A DNA stretch of 64,000 bases, taken from NCBI GenBank assembly GCA_903845045.1, contig CAIMWA010000340.1, positions 1,880 through 65,879 on the forward strand, written 5' to 3'. Each line of letters starts with the position of its first letter. Within the stretch, counting starts at the first letter, position 1. The notes beneath the pieces were generated by a model. It was given only the letters and a program-made list of their open reading frames with translations, did no database searches and had not been told where the DNA came from. This document shows, in pieces, positions 35,705 to 44,119 of the stretch. The DNA comes from an uncultured delta proteobacterium (lineage in GTDB: Bacteria; Myxococcota_A; Polyangia; Polyangiales; Ga0077539). The position numbers and the translations under genes were made by a program.

Positions 35705-36733
35705 ATGCCCCGATCCACGGCCGACTCCTCTTCGCTCATGGCGCGCTCCAGCGGACGTGCGCTCCTCGTGGTGCTCGGCGCGGCGGCGAGCCTCGTCGCC
35801 TTCGAGGTCGTGGCCCGGACGTTCGACCTCACGCCCTCGGTGCAGACCGTGCCCGCGGCGATGCGGGGCGCTTCGCGGTTCAGCCCGATGCACTCCACGC
35901 ACCTTCGGATGCTGCACGGCGTGCCGGTGTGGGGCGACGACGGGCGGGCGGGGCTCGCGTGCGTGCGAGAGCACCCCGAGCGGGTGCGCGTCGCGTTCTT
36001 CGGCGACTCCATCACCTACGGCGTCGGCGTTCGCGACGCCGAGCTGTTCACGACGGTCCTCCAGGCCCGCCTCGACGCCGCGCGGCCGGTGCCGGGCTTC
36101 TGCGTGCTGAACTTCGCCCAGCCGGGCTTCGGCTTCGACCAGAGCCTCGCCATCGCGCGCGACGAGCTCCCGGCGCTGCGCCCCGCGTTCGTGTTCTTCG
36201 AGTTCTGGAGCATGGAGCGCGACTACCGGCGCCTCGGCACCGACGCCTACGAAGTGCACCGGCACCGGCTCCGCGGCGACGGCTTTCCATCGCCGCTCGG
36301 CGCGGCGCTCGTGCCCGACGCCGCGAACAGCTGGCTCTTCGCGCACTCCGCGGGCTACCGCTGGCTGGCCTTCGACCATGGCAGCACCTTGCGCCCCGAC
36401 GAGGAGATCACCCCCGCGGCGTTCGCGGCGCACGTCGAAGCGACGCTCCCATCGCTCTTCGACTCCGTCGGCGCGCACGGGGTTCTCTTCGCGGCGACGC
36501 CCCTCGGCGAGCCCTTCGACGTCCCGCTCCACGGCGTGGCGCGCAACGCGTGGATCGCGCCGGTGTACGCCATCGCGCACGCCCACGGCATGACCGCGCT
36601 GCGCCTCGACGAGGCCCTGCTGCACGACGACCCTGCGGCGATCCGGCTCGACTCGAATTGCCACTTCAACCCCGCAGGCCATCGGCGCCTCGCGGAGATC
36701 TTCGCGCAGACGATGGAGCCGATGCTTCGATGA
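35705..36733 (+). CDS. SGNH/GDSL-family hydrolase with N-terminal membrane anchor
   Basis: ATG at 35705 (alternative at 35738). TM helix: ALLVVLGAAASLVAFEVV. Block I: VAFFGDSITYGVG. Later motifs: NFAQPGFG and ...DSNCHFNPAGH (block V-like). Confidence 0.8.
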   Translation: MPRSTADSSSLMARSSGRALLVVLGAAASLVAFEVVARTFDLTPSVQTVPAAMRGASRFSPMHSTHLRMLHGVPVWGDDGRAGLACVREHPERVRVAFFGDSITYGVGVRDAELFTTVLQARLDAARPVPGFCVLNFAQPGFGFDQSLAIARDELPALRPAFVFFEFWSMERDYRRLGTDAYEVHRHRLRGDGFPSPLGAALVPDAANSWLFAHSAGYRWLAFDHGSTLRPDEEITPAAFAAHVEATLPSLFDSVGAHGVLFAATPLGEPFDVPLHGVARNAWIAPVYAIAHAHGMTALRLDEALLHDDPAAIRLDSNCHFNPAGHRRLAEIFAQTMEPMLR

Positions 36734-37347
36734 CCGAAGCGCCCGCGCCTGCCGTCGAGCGCGTGACCGGCGCGTTCTTCGCTCGCGACGTCGCCGTCGT
36801 GGCCGAGCACCTCCTCGGCGCCGTGCTCTGCACGACGTCCGACGACGGCGTGTCCGGCGGACGCATCATCGAGGTCGAGGCCTACCGTCGCACCGACTCG
36901 TGCAGCCACTCGTTCCGCGGACGCACGGCCCGCAACGCCGCGATGTTCGCCGCCCCGGGGACCGTCTACGTGTACCTCGTCTACGGCATGCACCACTGCG
37001 TGAACTTCGCGTGCGACCGCGAGGGCCAGGGCGACGCCGTGCTCGTGCGCGCGCTCGCTCCGATGAATGGCGTCGCGCTCATGCGTGCGCGGCGCGGTCC
37101 GACGGCGGCCCCCGACCGGCTCTGCGGAGGTCCCGGGAACCTCTGCCGCGCGCTCGGCATCGACCGCGGCATCGACGGCGCCGACGTCGCGACGTCGCCT
37201 CGCATCGCGCTCTACGAGGGCGCCCGCGGCGCCGACGAGACCGTCGTGCGGAGCGCGCGCATCGGCGTCGTCGGAGCGCCCGGCGACGTCGCGCTCCCGT
37301 GGCGATGGCGCCTCGTGCCTGCTGCGTCGCGCCGCCCGGTGCGTTGA
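36730..37347 (+). CDS. mpg: DNA-3-methyladenine glycosylase (Mpg/AAG family)
   Basis: ATGA overlap with the upstream stop. Motifs: FFARDVAVVAEHLLG, GRIIEVEAYRRTDSCSHSFRGRTARNAAMF, GTVYVYLVYGMHHCVNF, AVLVRALAP, GPGNLCRALGI. Confidence 0.9.
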   Translation: MTEAPAPAVERVTGAFFARDVAVVAEHLLGAVLCTTSDDGVSGGRIIEVEAYRRTDSCSHSFRGRTARNAAMFAAPGTVYVYLVYGMHHCVNFACDREGQGDAVLVRALAPMNGVALMRARRGPTAAPDRLCGGPGNLCRALGIDRGIDGADVATSPRIALYEGARGADETVVRSARIGVVGAPGDVALPWRWRLVPAASRRPVR

Positions 37348-37371
37348 CAACACCCCACCGTCACGGCGAAT
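37344..37371 (+). promoter_or_regulatory. Candidate promoter: TTGACA-N16-GCGAAT overlapping the mpg stop
   Basis: TTGACA at 37344-37349 and GCGAAT at 37366-37371. The esterase ATG at 37382 would then be nearly leaderless. Confidence 0.25.
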
Positions 37372-39100
37372 GCTGCCGTCGATGAAGAGCCTGTGGGGTT
37401 CGGTGGTGGCGATGGTGGCCGTCGCGGCGTGCAGCTCGGACCCTGCGGGTCCCGGCGCCGACGGCAGCGTGAACGATGGCGCGGCGTCGACCGATGCGCC
37501 GGCGACGCTGGACGCCACGGTGCCCATGGACGGCGCCGCCCCGGCCGACGTCACGCCCGACGTGACGCCCGACGCGCCCCCGGACGTACCGCCGGTGCCG
37601 GTGTCGGCGGTGACCGAGTCGGGTCCCGTCAACGGGGTGTCCGTCGGTGGCGTGGCGGTGTTCCGACGCATCCCCTACGCGGCCCCGCCGGTCGGTGCGC
37701 GCCGCTTCACCCCGCCCGCGCCGCCGACCCCGTGGACCACGCCCATCGACGGCACCGTCGCGGGCTCGCAGTGCGCGTCGGGCTCCTCGGTGTTCGAAGG
37801 TTCCATGGTGCACGGCGACGAGGACTGCCTGCACGTCAACGTCTTCACCCGCTCCACCGCCGGGTCGCGACCGGTGATGGTGTGGATCCACGGCGGCGGC
37901 TTCACTACCGGCAGCGGCTCCGACCCGGTCTACGACGGCACGCGCTTCGTCGTCGAAGACGACGTCGTCGTGGTGACGATCAACTACCGCCTCGGCGTCT
38001 TCGGCTTCCTCGCGCACCCGTCGGTGGCGATGGCCGACGGGACCACCGGCAACTGGGGCTTTCTCGACCAGCAGGCCGCGCTGCGCTGGGTTCGCGCCAA
38101 CGCCGCGCACTTCGGCGGCGATCCGTCGCGCGTGACGATCTTCGGCGAGTCCGCAGGCGCGACGTCGGTGCTGCTGCACACCGTGGCGCCGGGATCGCGC
38201 GGTCTCTTCGTGCGCGCCATCGCCGAGAGCTCGCCGGTGCTGCGCATCCCTTCACGGGAGCGGTCGACGCAGTTCGGCAACATGGTCGCGGCCAGCGCGC
38301 ACTGCACCACCGGCGACGTCGCGGCCTGCCTCCGCGCCGCTTCGGCCACGGACCTCTACGCCGGCGTTCCCGCGGGCACGGACCCCGGCGGACCGTTCTT
38401 TCAAGACCGCGGCTTCGTGTATCTCCCGACGCTCGACGGCGTGACCTTCACCGAGCAGCCGCTGGTGACCCTGCGCGCCGGGCACGAGGCCGCCGTGCCG
38501 GTGATCCTCGGCACGAACAGCGACGAGGGAACGCTCTTCGCCGGCGGCCTCCTCGGCGCCGCCGTCGCGACGGATGCCGACTACCACGCCGCGCTCGGCC
38601 GCGGTGCGACGCTGCTCGGCCTCACGAGCGCGCAGGGCGACGCGATCTACGCGCAGTACCCGGTGTCGCGCTACGGCACCCCGGCGCGCGCGCTCACCGC
38701 GGTGACCACCGAGGGCATCTTCCACTGCGCGAACCGCTGGGTGGCCCGCGCGCACACCGCCGCGGGCAACGCCGCGTTCCTCTACCGCTTCGACCAGCTT
38801 CCGGCGCACGTCACGCTGCCGGGCATCGGCGTCTTCCACGCGGCCGAGCTCTCCTTCGTCTGGGGCGTGCGCAACGGGCTCCTCGGCGACGACTCCTCGG
38901 CGCCCGCGCTCGGACCGGCGATGCGCGCGTACTGGTCGTCCTTCGCGGGCACCGGCGTCCCGAGCGGCACGCCCGCGTGGGCCGCCTACGACGCGACCCG
39001 CGACCAGCGCCTGCAGCTCGCCACGCCCATCGCCAGCGAGCCCGTCGACCCGAACGGCCGCTGCGGCTTCTGGTCGGGCCTCTTCGACACCCTCAACTGA
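37370..39100 (+). CDS. Type-B carboxylesterase/lipase family lipoprotein
   Basis: Start at 37370 or 37382. Lipobox: MVAVAAC. Motifs: FRRIPYAAPPVG, EDCLHVNVFT, VMVWIHGGGF, NYRLGVFGFLAHP, GNWGFLDQQAALRWVRANAAHFGGDPSRVTIFGESAGA. Confidence 0.92.
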   Translation: MLPSMKSLWGSVVAMVAVAACSSDPAGPGADGSVNDGAASTDAPATLDATVPMDGAAPADVTPDVTPDAPPDVPPVPVSAVTESGPVNGVSVGGVAVFRRIPYAAPPVGARRFTPPAPPTPWTTPIDGTVAGSQCASGSSVFEGSMVHGDEDCLHVNVFTRSTAGSRPVMVWIHGGGFTTGSGSDPVYDGTRFVVEDDVVVVTINYRLGVFGFLAHPSVAMADGTTGNWGFLDQQAALRWVRANAAHFGGDPSRVTIFGESAGATSVLLHTVAPGSRGLFVRAIAESSPVLRIPSRERSTQFGNMVAASAHCTTGDVAACLRAASATDLYAGVPAGTDPGGPFFQDRGFVYLPTLDGVTFTEQPLVTLRAGHEAAVPVILGTNSDEGTLFAGGLLGAAVATDADYHAALGRGATLLGLTSAQGDAIYAQYPVSRYGTPARALTAVTTEGIFHCANRWVARAHTAAGNAAFLYRFDQLPAHVTLPGIGVFHAAELSFVWGVRNGLLGDDSSAPALGPAMRAYWSSFAGTGVPSGTPAWAAYDATRDQRLQLATPIASEPVDPNGRCGFWSGLFDTLN

Positions 39101-39112
39101 GCGTCGCGGCGC

Positions 39113-41266
39113 TCACCCGGGCGCCACCGTCACGGGCACGCCGGTCAGGATCGAGTCGCCGAGGATGGCCTCGACGCGCGTCTCGTCGGTGAGGACGTTG
39201 ACGTTGGCGCCGCCGAGCGTCGACGCGATGCGCGGCCCGCCCGGCGCCGCGCCGTGGCCGTACCCATGCGGCAGCGAGACGACGCCGCGCATCACGTCGT
39301 CGGTGACCTTCGCGCGCACCGTGACGCTCCCGACATGCGTCTCCACACGCACCGGCGATCCGTCGACGACGCCGCGCTCCCGCGCATCATCGGGATGCAC
39401 CAGCAGCCCCGATCGGTCGGGCCCCTTCACCAGCGACGCGACGTTGTGCAGCCACGAGTTCATCGCGCGGAGATGCCTCCGGCCGATGAGCACCAGCGGC
39501 GCCCGCGGCGCGGCGACCCAGCGCTCGAGCCCCGGCAACGCGCGGAGGTACACCTCCGGTGCCAGCTCCACGCGCCCGCGCGGCATGCGCACCTTCTCGG
39601 GTCCGCACCGTCGCAGCGCACCGAGGTCCAAGCCGTGCGGCGCCGCGCGCACCTTCGCCAGCGTGAGTCCGCCGGGCCGCGCGCCGAAGCGGTCGCCGTA
39701 GGTCCCGGCGCGCAGCAGGGCGTCGAGCACGGCATCCGCCGACGGCGTCGCCGCGCGGAGCACGCGGGTCAGCGCACGCCCCGCAGTTCCGGCGGAGAGC
39801 CGCTTGCCCGCGACGCGCACGGCGAGCTCCGTGAGGATCGCATAGTCGTCGAGCGCGCCCTCGGCCGCCGGGAGCACCGCCTCGGAGTACTTCACCGAGT
39901 TCCGCACCGCGACGGAGTGCATCAGCAGCGCGAAGTGGCTGCGCTCGAGGGCGCTCACCGGCGGCAGCACGAGGTGCGCGTGGCGCGTCGTGGCATTCAC
40001 GTACGGGTCCACGCTCACCATGAATTCGAGGCCCGCGAGGGCGCGGCCGAGGCGCGGACCGTTCGGCGTCGAGAGCACCGGGTCGCCGGCGAAGGTCACC
40101 AGCGCGCGCACCTGGCCCGCGCCGGGCGTCTCCATCTCCTCGATCATCGCCGCCGACGGCAGCGATCCCGCGAGCTCCGGGAGTCCGCGCACCCGGGAGC
40201 GCCAGCGACCCCACGCGTTGCCGAGGAGCACCCGCGCGATGGGGCCGATGTCCACCGCGGGTGACGCGAACATCATCCCGCCGGGCACGTCGAAGTTGCC
40301 GGTGACGACGTTGAGCGCCTCGACGAGCCAGCTCGCGAGCACGCCGTGCTCGCTCTGGCAGAGGCCCACGCGCGCATAGACGATGGAGCTCGGAGCCGTG
40401 AGCTCCCGCGCGAGACGGCGGATCACCGACGCAGGAACGCCAGTGACGTCCTCGACGCGCTCCGGAGCGAAGCGCCGCGCGGCCGCGGCGAGGGCCTCGA
40501 TGCCCGTCGCCCGCATGCGCAGCGCGGCGATGTCGACGCGCCGCTCGGCGAAGAGCGTATGGAGCATCGCGAGCAGCAGCGCGGCGTCGGACCCCGGGCG
40601 CAGGAAGTGGTGCTCGTCGCAGAGCGCCGCCGTCTCGGTGCGCCGCGGGTCCAGGAGCACGATGCGACCGCCTCGCTCGCGCACGCCGCGCAGCCTGGCG
40701 CGTACGTCGCCGAGGCTCATGACGCTGCCCATGGAAACCGCCGGATTCGCGCCCAGCATCAGCACGTGCTGCACGCGGTCGATGTCCGGCACGGTGATCG
40801 AGAGACCGTCGCCGTACATCTGCATCGCGGCGAAGATCTTGGGGTTCGAGTCCTGCGAGTTGGCGTCGAAGCGGTTGTGCGTGCCGAGCGCCGCGAGCAG
40901 CGCCTGCACGCCCAGCGCACCCCCGTGGTTGTTCGCCATGGGATTGCCGCTGTACATCGCCACGGCGTCCGTTCCATGCGCGCGCGACACCGCTGCGAGG
41001 CGCGTCGCGGCCTCGTCGAGGGCCTCGTCCCACGGCACCGCCTCCCAGCCGCCGGCGGTGCGGCGCATGGGGCTTCGAAGCCGGTCGGGATCTTCGTGAA
41101 GCTCGCGCAGCGCGGCGCCCTTGGGACACATGTGACCGCGGGAGAACACGTCGTCGGCGTCGCCACGGATCTGCGTCACCGCGCCGCCGTCGACGGTCAC
41201 CGCGAGGCCGCACATCGCGTCGCAGAGGCTGCACGTGCGGTAGCGAAGCTCCCCCGCGGCGATCAC
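39113..41266 (-). CDS. Molybdopterin-dependent oxidoreductase (MopB superfamily) with N-terminal 4Fe-4S motif
   Basis: GTG start at 41266, with a GTGA overlap onto the GH38 stop. Motif: YRTCSLCDAMCGLAVTV...FSRGHMCPKG, followed by molybdopterin-binding and C-terminal beta-barrel regions. No Tat signal. The upstream 870 codons of track ORF 39113-43882 are shadow sequence. Confidence 0.85.
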   Translation of the reverse strand: MIAAGELRYRTCSLCDAMCGLAVTVDGGAVTQIRGDADDVFSRGHMCPKGAALRELHEDPDRLRSPMRRTAGGWEAVPWDEALDEAATRLAAVSRAHGTDAVAMYSGNPMANNHGGALGVQALLAALGTHNRFDANSQDSNPKIFAAMQMYGDGLSITVPDIDRVQHVLMLGANPAVSMGSVMSLGDVRARLRGVRERGGRIVLLDPRRTETAALCDEHHFLRPGSDAALLLAMLHTLFAERRVDIAALRMRATGIEALAAAARRFAPERVEDVTGVPASVIRRLARELTAPSSIVYARVGLCQSEHGVLASWLVEALNVVTGNFDVPGGMMFASPAVDIGPIARVLLGNAWGRWRSRVRGLPELAGSLPSAAMIEEMETPGAGQVRALVTFAGDPVLSTPNGPRLGRALAGLEFMVSVDPYVNATTRHAHLVLPPVSALERSHFALLMHSVAVRNSVKYSEAVLPAAEGALDDYAILTELAVRVAGKRLSAGTAGRALTRVLRAATPSADAVLDALLRAGTYGDRFGARPGGLTLAKVRAAPHGLDLGALRRCGPEKVRMPRGRVELAPEVYLRALPGLERWVAAPRAPLVLIGRRHLRAMNSWLHNVASLVKGPDRSGLLVHPDDARERGVVDGSPVRVETHVGSVTVRAKVTDDVMRGVVSLPHGYGHGAAPGGPRIASTLGGANVNVLTDETRVEAILGDSILTGVPVTVAPG

Positions 41267-44103
41267 GGCCCGCGCACCCGCAGCGTCACCACCGGCGCGT
41301 CGAGCACGAGCGGGTTCGACACCGGCGCGTCGTCGCGCTCGAGCAGGTCGACGCGGGTGATGGACCCCACGGGCAGAAGCCCCGCGGTGATGGTGAGCGG
41401 TGCCGTCGGCGCGGTGCGCTGCACGCGTACGATGGTGCCCTCGCCGCGCTCGGCGCGCTTGCCCGCGGAGACGACGAAGCCGGTGCCTGCGAGGCCGAGC
41501 ACCGACGCCGACGCCGCGCCGCCGGTGGTGCCCGTGGCCTGCGCCGCCGCGGCCTCCAGCGTCGCGTACGCGTCGGCGAGAAGGTCGAAGGCCCCTGCAT
41601 GCGGACGCAGCGAGAAGCGCAGCGCGTGGTGCACGGCCTCGGTGCCCGACGCGCCGAGCACGTCGCAGCGCTCGGTGTACGCGTTGCGCGACACCATCAC
41701 GTCGACGGACCCGTCGTCGCCCCAGCGCACCCCGGTGCTCACCGACGTCAGCACGGCGAAGCCGGTGCCGTCGCCGCGAAGCAGGTCCATCCCGCGCACG
41801 GTGGGCCAGAAGGTCGGATCGAAGAGGGCGTGCGACGGCCGCTGCACGACCCCCGCGGGCTCGTCGAACCAGCCCGTCGCGCCCGAGGCGTTCGTCGCGA
41901 CGTGCAGCGTGTACGTCTGCCCGCGCAGCGCCGCGGCGTCGACGTCGACGTCGAGGCGTCCGGCGAGGGCGCGCATCGCCGCGGTGACGCTCATGGTCAC
42001 CGTGGTCGTGCCGCGCTGCACGCGCACCGACGCCCGCACCGGTCCGCGGTCGAGCACGGTGATCGTCGGCGTGCCCTCGATGGGGTCCGACGGAGCGAAG
42101 TTGCACCCGAGGGTCTCGCTGCCGATGCGGTAGAGCCCGCCCTGGTCGTCCCACACGCGCAAATCGAGGGACGGCGCCGCGAGGGTCTCGCGCCCATCGA
42201 CGGCGAGCGAGCGCAGCATCCCCGTCGATCGGTCGATCACCGCCACGAGCGCGGCGCTGGTGTCGCGCAGCGTGATCGTGTCGGCCGCCTCGACGACGGA
42301 CACGGGGCCGGACGCTGCGCGGTCCGCGAAGGCGACGCGTTGGTACCCGAGCGGCGGCACGTCCGGCGCGACGACGAGCACCGTGGCGCTGGCGAGGGTG
42401 CCGTCGGCGTTGCGCGTGCTCGCGAGCACCTGCGTCGGCGCCGTCGAGCCGACGTCGTGCACGCCTGCCCCGAACGTCAGCGCCACCGTCGCCGCGCGAG
42501 GACCGCGCGCCCCGAGGCCGCCCAGCACCACCGCGCTCGCCGTCGACGCGGGCTCCGGGCCAACGTTGCGGGCCACGCTCAGCACCGCCGTGGCGGTGAT
42601 CGCGCGCGCGTCGTCGGCCACGGTGTTCATCCACGGGAGCTGCTCGCCGGTGGTCACCGTGTCGAGGGCCGTCCCCGCGATGAAGTCGTGGTGGTCGCTG
42701 CGCGCGAAGAGGTCCCATGCGTCGGCGAGGGCCTGCGCGGGGTACGGCACGCCGCCCATGGCCGTCGCCAGCAGCGAGGCGCTCTCGGCCTGCGCGAGCG
42801 CGTCGCCGGCGCGGCGCACGGCGTACTTCAACGCGAGCCGCGAGCCGAGGTAGCCGGTCATGTACGGCGCGAGGTCCCGAGTCATGTGCGGAAGGTCGTC
42901 GCGGCGCGTGTCGAGGAGCGACGCGTAGTCCTCGAAGGTCGACGCCACCACCCAGATGCCCGTGCTCGCGGCCTGCGTGGCGTTCCAGCGCCGCACGATG
43001 GCGAGCAGGTCCGTCTTCGGTGACTGAAAGTCGCAGCCGATCGGGATGAACACGTACGGCGTGCGCGCGTACGGCGTCATCTCGCGCACGTACCCGGCGA
43101 TGCGGCCGTTGGTGTAGGCGGCGTCGTCGCCGCGGGGGTGGTCGTTGACGTAGCCGCCCGGCACCGGCGAGCCCGAGTTGTCGAGGTTGTCGCCCTGGCA
43201 GTAGAGCCGCCGCGGCATCCAGTGCGCCAGCACCTCGCCGCCGCCAGGACCGACCCACACGAAGTCCGCGGTGCCCATGTCGCGGAGAAGCGCTGCCGTC
43301 GATCCGGCGACGATCTCGTCCTGGTGGTGCGTGGCCTCGAAGGCGTCGTGGAGGCCGTCGACGCGCGCGAAGGCCACCGACGTGTAGCCCATCGAAGCGA
43401 GCACGTCGGGCACCGTCGGCGAGTGGCCGAAGCTGTCCGGGAGCCACGCCGCGCGAGCCCGCACGCCGAGCGCCGTCTCCGCGAAGATGGACCCGCGAAG
43501 GAAGTCCCGCGCGAGGGCCTCCGTCGTCGGGAGCAGCGTGTCCGGGCTCGTCATGCCGCCGCCGACGACGCGCAACGCCCCGCGCCCCGCCGCGCTGCGC
43601 AGCGACGCCGCCTGCTCCGGGTGCTGCCGAAGATGCTCCTGCAGGAACGCCATCTCCGCGACGCCGTAGCGGTAGTCCGGGTCCGCATCGAGGAGCCGCT
43701 GCGCGCCGGTGAGGATGTTCCCGACGAAGCGGTCGTAGTAGTCGGCGAAGCGGTAGATCCAGTCGATGTCCATGTGGCTGGTCTGCGCGAGCACGAGCAC
43801 GCAGCCCGCGGAGTCGGGCACCCCCAGCGCGCGACGCACCGTCAGCTCGCGCTCCGTCGGCGCGCGAAACGGACCGGGACACCGCGGCGGCTCCGGCGGC
43901 ACGTCGGGGACGTCGTCGACCATGACGTCGAGCGCCGGAATGCCCGCGTCGGGGACGTCCATCGACGAGGCGTCGGTGCGCCCGAGGTCCGACACCACGG
44001 CGTCGCCGGGCGAGGCCGCGTCGTCGGCGGCGCTCGTCGACGAGCCGGCCGTGCCGAGGGCAAACGTGCAGAGCACCGCGAACGCAGCGGAACGGTTCAT
44101 CAC
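41263..44103 (-). CDS. Glycoside hydrolase family 38 (alpha-mannosidase), secreted
   Basis: Signal peptide: MMNRSAAFAVLCTFALGTAGS. An acidic linker follows. Motifs: LAQTSHMDIDWIY, GGGMTSPDTLLP, WLPDSFGHSPTVPDVLASMGY. Confidence 0.9.
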   Translation of the reverse strand: MMNRSAAFAVLCTFALGTAGSSTSAADDAASPGDAVVSDLGRTDASSMDVPDAGIPALDVMVDDVPDVPPEPPRCPGPFRAPTERELTVRRALGVPDSAGCVLVLAQTSHMDIDWIYRFADYYDRFVGNILTGAQRLLDADPDYRYGVAEMAFLQEHLRQHPEQAASLRSAAGRGALRVVGGGMTSPDTLLPTTEALARDFLRGSIFAETALGVRARAAWLPDSFGHSPTVPDVLASMGYTSVAFARVDGLHDAFEATHHQDEIVAGSTAALLRDMGTADFVWVGPGGGEVLAHWMPRRLYCQGDNLDNSGSPVPGGYVNDHPRGDDAAYTNGRIAGYVREMTPYARTPYVFIPIGCDFQSPKTDLLAIVRRWNATQAASTGIWVVASTFEDYASLLDTRRDDLPHMTRDLAPYMTGYLGSRLALKYAVRRAGDALAQAESASLLATAMGGVPYPAQALADAWDLFARSDHHDFIAGTALDTVTTGEQLPWMNTVADDARAITATAVLSVARNVGPEPASTASAVVLGGLGARGPRAATVALTFGAGVHDVGSTAPTQVLASTRNADGTLASATVLVVAPDVPPLGYQRVAFADRAASGPVSVVEAADTITLRDTSAALVAVIDRSTGMLRSLAVDGRETLAAPSLDLRVWDDQGGLYRIGSETLGCNFAPSDPIEGTPTITVLDRGPVRASVRVQRGTTTVTMSVTAAMRALAGRLDVDVDAAALRGQTYTLHVATNASGATGWFDEPAGVVQRPSHALFDPTFWPTVRGMDLLRGDGTGFAVLTSVSTGVRWGDDGSVDVMVSRNAYTERCDVLGASGTEAVHHALRFSLRPHAGAFDLLADAYATLEAAAAQATGTTGGAASASVLGLAGTGFVVSAGKRAERGEGTIVRVQRTAPTAPLTITAGLLPVGSITRVDLLERDDAPVSNPLVLDAPVVTLRVRGP

Positions 44104-44119
44104 TCCGTGCGGGAGTGTC

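Noticed and set aside
39113-43882. A single 1589-aa minus-strand ORF that would make a giant oxidoreductase
   Set aside because: Only the C-terminal roughly 717 codons (from the GTG at 41266) are MopB-like. The upstream part is Arg-rich and out of frame with the clearly real GH38 gene (41263-44103) that occupies the same DNA.
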